Shown here: piece after piece, positions 1-6,716 of the stretch
How positions within the stretch are numbered: position 1 is the stretch's first letter
How the letters are laid out: each line of letters begins with the position of its first letter
From: Coleofasciculus sp. B1-GNL1-01
Lineage (GTDB): Bacteria > Cyanobacteriota > Cyanobacteriia > Cyanobacteriales > Coleofasciculaceae
Reading direction: 5' to 3' (one strand)
Assembly: GCA_040220235.1 (NCBI GenBank)
Contig: JAVJTO010000120.1
DNA length: 22,658 bases
Program-made: the position numbers and the translations under genes
Notes under the pieces: model-generated
The model's database searches: none
What the model saw: only the letters and a program-made list of their open reading frames with translations
What the model was told of the DNA's origin: nothing

Positions 1-159
1 TTTTCTCATGCTTTACCCCCATCATGATTACGCTAAGGAGCGCTCTAGTTGGCAATCGTGATCCGTTTTGGCATGACCACCAGCGATAATTGCACCTGTG
101 GACTATCATACTATGTGCAATCAACCGGATTCGATATTAAAAGTAGCTAGCCTAACCCC

Positions 160-209
160 GCCGTGGAATCAATTCCACGGCTCATAGCTCAAGTCCATTG
201 AAATGGACT
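160..209. repeat. Double-hairpin dispersed repeat, copy 1
   Basis: GCCGTGGAAT-ca-ATTCCACGGC (160-181), linker TCATAGCTCA, then AGTCCATT-ga-AATGGACT (192-209). Same architecture as 10004-10053. Confidence 0.75.
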
Positions 210-326
210 CAAAGCCCCCTCAAGCTAGCCGCATCAACTGTTGCAGCATGAACTTTCAGCGTCTGGCGCTATCTGACTCCCTACACTTTGTAGAAAACCA
301 AGTTTGCTATACGCTTCATAGAGTGA

Positions 327-375
327 GGAAGGGGAAACGAAACAGGAAAACTACCTCCAGAAAGTTTCCCCATCC
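327..375 (-). promoter_or_regulatory. Putative structured leader hairpin, divergent from XRE gene 1
   Basis: Minus strand GGATGGGGAAAC-25 nt-GTTTCCCCTTCC. Conserved at +1040 (1367-1415). Confidence 0.5.
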
Positions 376-391
376 ATGCTCATGTTGTTTA

Positions 392-410
392 ACTCTACAA
401 GTTGTAGAGT
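392..410. promoter_or_regulatory. Palindromic putative operator upstream of XRE gene 1
   Basis: ACTCTACAA-G-TTGTAGAGT, perfect 9-bp inverted repeat ending 8 bp before ATG 419. Confidence 0.6.
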
Positions 411-418
411 CACCTAAG

Positions 419-661
419 ATGGTAAACGATAGAAATCAAAATATCAACCCTAATGTGCCAAGCTTAAAAGAAATTCGCCTACGCTTGGGTTTGACCCAAG
501 AGGAATTCGGGAAAGCACTAGGAATGGCAGCGAATACAATCAGCCGCCACGAACGGGGGCAACACAAAATTAGGTTTTCTGTGAGTCAGGTTAAACGCCT
601 CAAAGAACTCCTAGAACAGGTGGGAATGTCAATCGATGACTTACCCGACGATATCGATTGA
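419..661 (+). CDS. XRE/Cro-C1 family HTH transcriptional regulator (80 aa)
   Basis: LKEIRLRLGLTQEEFGKALG...TISRHERG HTH motif. Start set by colinearity with the paralog at 1459. Confidence 0.88.
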   Translation: MVNDRNQNINPNVPSLKEIRLRLGLTQEEFGKALGMAANTISRHERGQHKIRFSVSQVKRLKELLEQVGMSIDDLPDDID

Positions 662-666
662 GATAA

Positions 667-740
667 TATCAGTTCATCGGGTGTCTCAAGACTAGGCAGC
701 AACAGCGATAGAGTAAGACGAAAAGAAGGTGTGCGATCGC
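667..740. repeat. Conserved 3' flank of the XRE cassette ending at HIP1, copy 1
   Basis: TATCAGTTCATCGGGTGTCTCAAGACTAGGCAGCAA identical to 1707-1742. Similarity continues to GCGATCGC at 733-740. Confidence 0.85.
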
Positions 741-826
741 GCCAATCCTTCCCATATTCCAAAACAATATGACTGTAGGCGCTTCCTGGCATACGCCCAT
801 CAAATTATCGGTGAGAATCGCAACCT

Positions 827-854
827 TAGAGGGCGCAGGTCCTTGCGCCCCTAC
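827..854. repeat. Short GTAG-type REP-like palindrome
   Basis: TAGAGGGCGCA-ggtcct-TGCGCCCCTAC. Confidence 0.7.
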
Positions 855-871
855 CCAAATGGGATAAAATG

Positions 872-1362
872 TCACTCTTGAGCGGTAGAAGTCACCGCAT
901 CTACATCGAAAACCACCTCAAACTGTGCATCAGGCATCCATTTTGCCAGAAAGCGTTGGTGATTCTGGGCTTCTGTGCGACTGTAGAAGCGAGCCACCGT
1001 ATAATGTTGAGCATTCGGCAAAAGCCTCACCAGTGTCCAAGGATAATTTTGTTGTTGCCAAAAGCTTTGGTTAGACTTGGGTGATGGTTCGGCTGTGCGC
1101 CCACATCTCCGATGCTCCAAAATAGAACGAATCATCGCTAAAAGTCGCTCTCGCTGTGGCGTTCCATCATTGGGTAACAAACTCCACTCATTGATTGGCG
1201 CGGGTAGCCAAGTTAACCGATAAGTCACTGAATCTTTGCGAATGTGCCAAGACAAGCGACGTGGTTGTTTACGACAGTTGAACCCATCAGAACGAAAAGA
1301 CGCAACAATCCTGTCGCCTTCAGCTTGCAGGCGAAGCCATTGAGGTGTGAGAAACTACCCAT
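872..1362 (-). pseudogene. Cyanobacterial hypothetical protein with apparent 1-nt frameshift right after the ATG (or alternative start; TTG at 1255 gives 127 aa)
   Basis: Frame is open 1354->872 (FLTPQWLRLQAEGDRIVASF...PWTLVRLLPNAQHYTVARF...FEVVFD). ATG 1362-1360 is one base out of frame. The C-terminal part resembles a small hypothetical protein family I recall from cyanobacteria. Confidence 0.6.
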
Positions 1363-1366
1363 AGAC

Positions 1367-1415
1367 AGATAGGGAAACAGGAAGTATTGGGACTTCCCCA
1401 AACGTTTCCCCATCC
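1367..1415 (-). promoter_or_regulatory. Putative structured leader hairpin, divergent from XRE gene 2
   Basis: Minus strand GGATGGGGAAAC-25 nt-GTTTCCCTATCT (12 bp with G-U pairs), inner GGAAGT/ACTTCC stem, ATG 4 nt downstream. Confidence 0.55.
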
Positions 1416-1431
1416 TTTTTGTTGTCCAATT

Positions 1432-1446
1432 AGGACAAGTTGTCCT
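1432..1446. promoter_or_regulatory. Palindromic putative operator upstream of XRE gene 2
   Basis: AGGACAA-G-TTGTCCT. Shares the ACAAGTTGT core with 392-410. Confidence 0.6.
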
Positions 1447-1458
1447 TTGCTGATTAAA

Positions 1459-1701
1459 ATGGTAGACGATACAGATTGGAATAGCAACCCTCACTTGCCA
1501 ACTCTTAGACAAGTTCGTGAACGCCTAAATATGACTCAGGAAGAATTTGCGCGTGAACTGGGGACAACAACCAGAACCATTGGACGTCACGAAAGAGGGG
1601 AACACAAGCTGAGGCTGACTTTAGGACAAATCAAACGCCTCAAAGAACTTCTCGAACAAGCAGGAATGTCAATTGATGACTTACCCGACGATATCGATTG
1701 A
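1459..1701 (+). CDS. XRE/Cro-C1 family HTH transcriptional regulator (80 aa), paralog of 419-661
   Basis: LRQVRERLNMTQEEFARELG...TIGRHERG. C-terminus KRLKELLEQxGMSIDDLPDDID shared with the paralog. Confidence 0.88.
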   Translation: MVDDTDWNSNPHLPTLRQVRERLNMTQEEFARELGTTTRTIGRHERGEHKLRLTLGQIKRLKELLEQAGMSIDDLPDDID

Positions 1702-1706
1702 GGCGG

Positions 1707-1780
1707 TATCAGTTCATCGGGTGTCTCAAGACTAGGCAGCAAAAGGGATAGAGCAAGACTGAGAGACGGTATGCGATCGC
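1707..1780. repeat. Conserved 3' flank of the XRE cassette ending at HIP1, copy 2
   Basis: Colinear with 667-740. HIP1 at 1773-1780. Confidence 0.85.
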
Positions 1781-1831
1781 GTGTTTTGGAGTGGAGAGTG
1801 CGATCGCCTCTCCAATCAGATCCAATCCGAT

Positions 1832-2116
1832 TCAGTTTTGAGCCACTTCGCTGAGTGCTTCATGAATCACTTCATCACTCACGCCGCGACGCTTTAGACT
1901 AGCAATCAAAGCAGAAACCGTATCCCCTTCTAATCGCTCCAGATCAGCTCGTAGCCCCTGACCAATATAAGCGCGGATTAAGGGTTGATAACCCGAAAAT
2001 CCCAGTAATGGAGCCACTCGCTTGAGATCCTCTACCACATCTTCAGGAATGCGAATGGTGATACTGGTCATCGGACGGTTTTTATCCAATCGTTTTTTCA
2101 AAGCTTCAGGTTTCAT
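1832..2116 (-). CDS. CopG/BrnA-like ribbon-helix-helix antitoxin (94 aa)
   Basis: RPMTSITIRIPEDVVEDLKRVAPLLGFSGYQPLIRAYIGQGL, an RHH pattern typical of BrnT-partner antitoxins. Confidence 0.75.
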   Translation of the reverse strand: MKPEALKKRLDKNRPMTSITIRIPEDVVEDLKRVAPLLGFSGYQPLIRAYIGQGLRADLERLEGDTVSALIASLKRRGVSDEVIHEALSEVAQN

Positions 2117-2141
2117 AATATTCACGCTCCTTAGCATACAT
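2106..2141 (-). pseudogene. Remnant of a BrnT-like toxin gene (MYAKEREYYET*)
   Basis: KEREYYE resembles the BrnT C-terminus. Its end overlaps the antitoxin start, as in TA operons. Confidence 0.5.
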
Positions 2142-2162
2142 ATATACTGAAAAATTCCTTAT

Positions 2163-2267
2163 TATAGCGCTTCGCGCTGGTCTAGTTACACTTTGTTTGT
2201 ACGAACATCCCATCTGGACTCAGTTTCAGGTAAGGAAGTTGTAAATACACCAGAGCGATTTGCTATA
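2163..2267. mobile_element. MITE-like element with TATAGC...GCTATA ends
   Basis: Imperfect 27-bp TIR: TATAGCGCTTCGCGCTGGTCTAGTTAC vs reverse complement of the right end TATAGCAAATCGCTCTGGTGTATTTAC. Confidence 0.7.
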
Positions 2268-2279
2268 ACGAAAGAGGGG

Positions 2280-2380
2280 CTACGAGACCCGCCTGCGCGG
2301 GTTTCCACACCCCTGGTTTTTCGTGAATCCGCGTAGGCGGACTTTGTTTGTATAGCCGCGATTTTAATCGCCGGAGTTTA
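2280..2380. repeat. Cyanobacterial dispersed palindromic repeat
   Basis: ACCCGC-ctgc-GCGGGT, TCCGC-gtag-GCGGA, GCGATT-tt-AATCGC. Degenerate copy at 8234-8282. Confidence 0.65.
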
Positions 2381-2386
2381 AGGTTT

Positions 2387-2445
2387 AAGTGCTGAATCAC
2401 GGTGAAAATCTGATCACTCAATTCCAATGTTAAAATCTGGCTCAT
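2387..2445 (-). pseudogene. 5' fragment of an antitoxin-like gene truncated by a repeat
   Basis: MSQILTLELSDQIFTVIQ looks like an RHH antitoxin N-terminus, then runs into repeat DNA. Confidence 0.45.
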
Positions 2446-2476
2446 GGGATCGTAGATTCTGGCAAATTATCATCCC

Positions 2477-2516
2477 AAAAAAAAGGGGTTGGAAGTCTAT
2501 CTAAACTTCTAACCCC
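2477..2516 (-). terminator. Intrinsic terminator of the PEP-CTERM gene
   Basis: Minus strand GGGGTTAGAAGT...ACTTCCAACCCC followed by T8. Confidence 0.8.
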
Positions 2517-2544
2517 ATCAACCAGCCGATTAACAATTAAATAC

Positions 2545-3330
2545 TTAGCAAGACTTGCGGCGACGCGCTGCGGCTAAGGAACCCCCAATTAAGGCTAAAC
2601 CTGCCAGCGTACCGGGTTCGGGGACAGATACGTCACCATTATCATCAGGATCAGCGTTGGGAATTCTATTAACCAGTAACTTGTCAGAACCCCCTCCAGC
2701 ATTGACATCCTGGAAGCGAGCCACAGCGCGGAATTCTTCACCATTAAATAAATTCGCAAACGCTTGTTCAACCGCTTGTGCATTATCACTTGTATCGAGG
2801 ATGAATCTAACTTGTGCAGACTGTCCTGGATTGAGTCCACCATTTGGGTTTCCACCACTAAACGTTCCTGAGCCAGCAACGCGAATGCCAATGTCAAAGA
2901 CATTTTGACCACCAGCACCACTAATTACCGCAGCATCCTCCACAGTATCTGAAGTTAAACTGTCATTCCCAAAAAGCCGAATAAAGGGACTACTCAGACT
3001 ATTGTAGGTGTAGGATGAAATCGAATCAGACACATCAAATCCAAAGGCGACAAATTCCGAGTCAGTGGCTCCTAACCCAAAAGAATCATCCAGTTGACCT
3101 GTGGTATTGAGTAAGGTTAAATCTAGCTGAACACCACCCCCTTCAACATCAACGAAATCAAAGTCTACCTGAGCCGAAGCACCTGTGGCTAAGTTATTGG
3201 TTGAGGTACTGGTGCTATCAAAGTTAATGGTTAAGGCTTGTGCGGCGTTGGCTGCAACTAAAGAGGACGCGAGAGCAATGCTTGTAGCGAGTAAGCCGGA
3301 ACCCAGTAAACGAGAGGTGAAGGTTGTCAT
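2545..3330 (-). CDS. PEP-CTERM sorting domain protein (261 aa)
   Basis: Signal peptide ending AAQA; C-terminal VPEPGT, transmembrane segment and basic tail RRRKSC. Confidence 0.92.
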   Translation of the reverse strand: MTTFTSRLLGSGLLATSIALASSLVAANAAQALTINFDSTSTSTNNLATGASAQVDFDFVDVEGGGVQLDLTLLNTTGQLDDSFGLGATDSEFVAFGFDVSDSISSYTYNSLSSPFIRLFGNDSLTSDTVEDAAVISGAGGQNVFDIGIRVAGSGTFSGGNPNGGLNPGQSAQVRFILDTSDNAQAVEQAFANLFNGEEFRAVARFQDVNAGGGSDKLLVNRIPNADPDDNGDVSVPEPGTLAGLALIGGSLAAARRRKSC

Positions 3331-3594
3331 GTTCTTTTACTTTACTTGTGGACTAGAAAACGTGTTGGACTTGTTTACGATGGCAGAAGACTCAGTACCT
3401 GGTTCTTATTTACTACGTTACTGACTGTTTGACGGTGTTGTCTATAAAAAGTATCCAAGTTTATGAGAACTTTAGTAAAACGGATTCATTTATAAAGCTA
3501 TGATAAATAGAAAGGAATAAAATACAGTATATTGCCTCCGCCAATCCTTTTCATCCGTAAAAACACCTAAACCTAAAACCCCTCCTTACTCCTC

Positions 3595-3661
3595 TAGAAG
3601 GGCAGGTTTAGTCAAATTCTTGGACATCGACGGAACGTTCTCAGTAAAACCCGCCCCTACA
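3595..3661. repeat. Long REP-like inverted repeat (GTAGGGGCGGGTTT...AAACCCGCCCCTAC family)
   Basis: Arms match copies at 8109, 11714, 11843 and 21505. Confidence 0.75.
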
Positions 3662-3682
3662 GCTTTGCTCCTTCACAAATAC

Positions 3683-3722
3683 AAAGAAAAGGGTAAGAAG
3701 CATTATTTAACTTCTAACCCTT
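3683..3722 (-). terminator. Terminator paralogous to 2477-2516
   Basis: GGGTTAGAAG...CTTCTTACCC plus T-rich tail on the minus strand. Confidence 0.65.
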
Positions 3723-3750
3723 ATCAGCTAACCGACAAACATGGCAATAT

Positions 3751-4080
3751 TTAGCAAGACTGCCGATAACGTGCGGCTGTGGCAGCGATAGAACCAATGA
3801 TTAAGATAAAACTTATTAGCATAGTGGGTTGGGACGTAGAACCATGATCATGATTAGGATTATGCTCAGGAATATGAGGCATAGTGCTAATGAGTAATCT
3901 CCTATTTGCCTCATTTACTTGAGCGGAAGCGTCATGGGTAAGTGTATTTGTTGATGTGCTGGTGTTATCAAAGGAAATAGGTGAGGCTTGTACTGCATTG
4001 GCTGAAACAAAGCCAGACATGAGGGTAATGCTGGTAGCGAGTAAGCTGGAACTTAGGAGACGTAAAGGTAGTTGTTTCAT
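3751..4080 (-). CDS. Short internally deleted paralog of the adjacent PEP-CTERM protein (109 aa)
   Basis: Aligns to the signal peptide and N-terminus (FDxTSTSTNxL...ASAQV) and to the C-terminal TM/tail (IGxSxAA...SC). Core is absent and PEP is replaced by SQP. Confidence 0.7.
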   Translation of the reverse strand: MKQLPLRLLSSSLLATSITLMSGFVSANAVQASPISFDNTSTSTNTLTHDASAQVNEANRRLLISTMPHIPEHNPNHDHGSTSQPTMLISFILIIGSIAATAARYRQSC

Positions 4081-4421
4081 GTTCAATAGAGGGGGAATAG
4101 GTTTAGAAAACTCAGGGTACTCTGGCTTAAAAACTTAATAAGTAGTAATCCCTTATCGTTTTCTACTTTACTGAATCCGTAATTGTCTTGTCTATAGAGA
4201 TTGAAGGATTTTACAGAAGATTCAGCAAGGCTTATAGATTTGTAAATTCTAAGTAAATATGAATTTCAGTTTAATTTGTGTTGAAAAAACGATAAATTTA
4301 AAAGTCAAGACAAGTAAATTTATGGCAATTATCAACTTTAAGTTCAATCGGACGCAAGGCTTTGCGCCCCTAAGGTTTGCGGGCGTAAGCGTCATTCATA
4401 AAACTCGGTGTGTCACGCTAC

Positions 4422-4566
4422 TATAGCGCTACGCGCTAGGCAATGGGCAATGGGCAATGGGCAATGGGCAATGGGCAATGGGCAATGGGCAACACCGAGC
4501 GAAGCCGAGGTGTTGAGCGATTTAAATTTTTCTTCTTTTGTCCTAACGTGTGTGCGTAGTGCTATA
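4422..4566. mobile_element. MITE-like element with (GGCAATG)7 heptamer tract and a nested small hairpin repeat
   Basis: TATAGCGCTACGCGCTAGG...CCTAACGTGTGTGCGTAGTGCTATA. Sister copy at 22378-22506. Confidence 0.8.
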
Positions 4567-4642
4567 CAATTTGCTTTGCCCCTGAAAAGATGTAAGTGAC
4601 CCTCAAATAAGCATTTGAGATCGCCAAAACCTTTGATATACC

Positions 4643-4663
4643 GTAGGGTGGGCATTGCCCACC
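4643..4663. repeat. GTAG-REP-like palindrome
   Basis: GTAG-GGTGGGCA-t-TGCCCACC. Confidence 0.7.
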
Positions 4664-4701
4664 GGGAGTAGCAGCCTTAAGTCAGTGACATTCAACTTAG
4701 T

Positions 4702-5895
4702 TTAACGTCGCGCTTTCTTTAAATCTCGCAGCAATGATTCGGCTTTCTTGACACCATCGCGATTGTCCTGACGCCGGAAGAGATCACGCGCTTTTTCCAC
4801 AGCCGTAATCGCTTCTGCTATGCGCTCTCGTCCTTTTAATGCTAATCCTAAATTATAGTGGGCTTGGGCATCTTGGGGGGCAATTTCAATTAAGCGTCGA
4901 TAGGCGACAATGGCTTCTAAGTAATTTCCCTCGGTGAGTAAAATATCACCAATAGCGGCTTGAGCTTCAACTAAGTCTGATTGAACCGCCACGGCTCTTT
5001 GAAAGGCTTTCAATGCACCGACGAAATCTTCTTGAGCTTGGAGGATTTTGCCAATTTGCAGATAAACTTGACTATTATTGGGTTCTAGTTTTGCCGCTCG
5101 GTCAAAAACCTTCAGTGCGGTGTCGATATCGCCCTGACTCAACCAAGCCATACCCAATGTAAGCTGAATATTACTATCCAGAGGCGCTAAGGATTCAGCT
5201 TGTTGGAGTGCTTTAATCGCCTCTTGGGGACGCCCCTGCTGGAGAAAAACGGTACCTAGTAACTGGTGTGCCTGAGCATTCTTGGGTTGAAGACTGATGA
5301 CTTGGCGGTAAACTTGGATGGCTCCGTCATAGTCCTTTTGACGCAAGAGGACGACCCCCAATCCCCAATAGGAGTTAATATGGTTACGATCGCGCCTTAG
5401 GGCTTGACGATAAGCCTCTGCTGCTGGTGCATTCTCTCCGGCATTGGCTAAACTGTAACCGAGAGCATACTGAAATTCTGCATTATTCGGCTCCAGGGCA
5501 ATTGCCTGTTGATACGCCCTCGCCGCTTCTCGGAAGTTCCCCTGACGCGCCTGGAGATAACCGATTCCGGAGAAAATCTTGGCATTATCTCGATCTAGAT
5601 TAGCCGCTTGTTGATAGGTTGCGATCGCCTGAGGATAATTTCCCGCATCCACTAAGTCTCGCGCTTGGCGGAGTAACTCACGCAGTCGCTGTTGTTCCGG
5701 CTGTAGCTGGCTAAATAGCTGGGGTTGACTGACCCCCGCCACAGGCGTTAGGGTTATCGTCAGCCCAGTGACGAATAGGCTACTCATCAGAAATAGAGTC
5801 GGCTTGGACACAGCTAATCTTCTCGTCGCGATGGAGTGTAATGGTTTTGGTTTACGCCAACCAGAGCTAGGCATCAGGACATCCTCAAGAGGCAT
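4702..5895 (-). CDS. Tetratricopeptide repeat protein with N-terminal hydrophobic segment (start uncertain, probably downstream of 5895)
   Basis: About 9 TPR units (e.g. AQAHYNLGLAL...EAI) and a signal/TM-like LFLMSSLFVTGLTITL segment. Confidence 0.9.
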   Translation of the reverse strand: MPLEDVLMPSSGWRKPKPLHSIATRRLAVSKPTLFLMSSLFVTGLTITLTPVAGVSQPQLFSQLQPEQQRLRELLRQARDLVDAGNYPQAIATYQQAANLDRDNAKIFSGIGYLQARQGNFREAARAYQQAIALEPNNAEFQYALGYSLANAGENAPAAEAYRQALRRDRNHINSYWGLGVVLLRQKDYDGAIQVYRQVISLQPKNAQAHQLLGTVFLQQGRPQEAIKALQQAESLAPLDSNIQLTLGMAWLSQGDIDTALKVFDRAAKLEPNNSQVYLQIGKILQAQEDFVGALKAFQRAVAVQSDLVEAQAAIGDILLTEGNYLEAIVAYRRLIEIAPQDAQAHYNLGLALKGRERIAEAITAVEKARDLFRRQDNRDGVKKAESLLRDLKKARR

Positions 5896-5978
5896 ATTCT
5901 AGGGTTCAGTGCCAGTTTTCCAGCAGAAATTTTGAACAAAGAGGATTGTAGCAGAGAAAACCCATAACTTTAACCCAA

Positions 5979-6668
5979 TCAGGTACGTGCATAGCGTCCA
6001 ATCAGTTCTGAAGAAGCCAGAATATGACCACTCATCGCCGCTTGAAGCTGCTCTTTGGTTGCCCCGGCGTCTAATTTCAGTGTGCGGTCAAGGGCATAGA
6101 GTTTAAAAAAGTAACGGTGGATGCCACTGGGAGGACATGGCCCCCCATACCCTAAATTACCAAAATCATTCTTACCTTGAGTTCCACCCTTCGGTAGTGG
6201 CTCTTGCGCCGGAATTCCTTGAGGTAACTGGCGAGTTTCTGGGGGAATATCATAGACAACCCAGTGAACAAAGGTTTGCCCAGGCGCATCGGGGTCATCG
6301 ACAATTAACGCAAGGCTCTGGGTTCCTGTGGGGGGTGCATCCCAGTGGAGTTCAGGAGAAATCTCTTCTCCATCACAGGTGTACTGGGAAGGAATCATCT
6401 CGTTGGCGTTAAAGGCTTGACTTTCCAGGTTCATGGGTGTAGATGATGGGGTTTGCGAGTCTGTGGACGTGGACTTGGGATTCTCCGAGCGGCAACCCAC
6501 CAGAGATAATCCCAACAACCCCAGTAAATTAACACTTTGTCGCAGAAAGACTCGTCTACCCAAAGCATTAGGATTTTTCTGCCACGTTGGGAGTAAACGG
6601 CGGAAAGACGCGAACGGCTTTGTCGGTGTGGAGGAGTTAGAGAAGTTGGCCATATTTTCTATGGGCAA
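5979..6668 (-). CDS. YbhB/YbcL (PEBP/Raf kinase inhibitor-like) protein, putative Tat lipoprotein (start uncertain)
   Basis: Motifs DPDAP, FVHWVVYDIP, YGGPCPPSGIHRYFF. N-terminal GRRVFL and LSLVGC. Confidence 0.92.
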   Translation of the reverse strand: MPIENMANFSNSSTPTKPFASFRRLLPTWQKNPNALGRRVFLRQSVNLLGLLGLSLVGCRSENPKSTSTDSQTPSSTPMNLESQAFNANEMIPSQYTCDGEEISPELHWDAPPTGTQSLALIVDDPDAPGQTFVHWVVYDIPPETRQLPQGIPAQEPLPKGGTQGKNDFGNLGYGGPCPPSGIHRYFFKLYALDRTLKLDAGATKEQLQAAMSGHILASSELIGRYART

Positions 6669-6716
6669 GACACAATAGAAGATAGTGGCAAAAATCTTCT
6701 AATGGTAGGTGACAAC

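Noticed and set aside
1..20. Possible minus-strand gene start at ATG 9-7 with upstream GGGGG
   Set aside because: Only three codons are in the window, so it cannot be supported.
203..418. N-terminal extensions of the XRE ORFs (203 and 1387 starts)
   Set aside because: They cross repeat and regulatory DNA. Paralog protein similarity begins at 419 and 1459.
586..875. Minus-strand 68-aa ORFs over the conserved 3' block
   Set aside because: They start in REP-like DNA and have no recognisable product.
331..1411. GGGGAAAC/GTTTCCCC as CRISPR repeats
   Set aside because: Only inverted pairs, no direct repeat-spacer array and no cas genes.
4408..4655. ORFs with WAMGNGQ / AHCPLPI repeats
   Set aside because: Translation artefacts of the heptamer tract.
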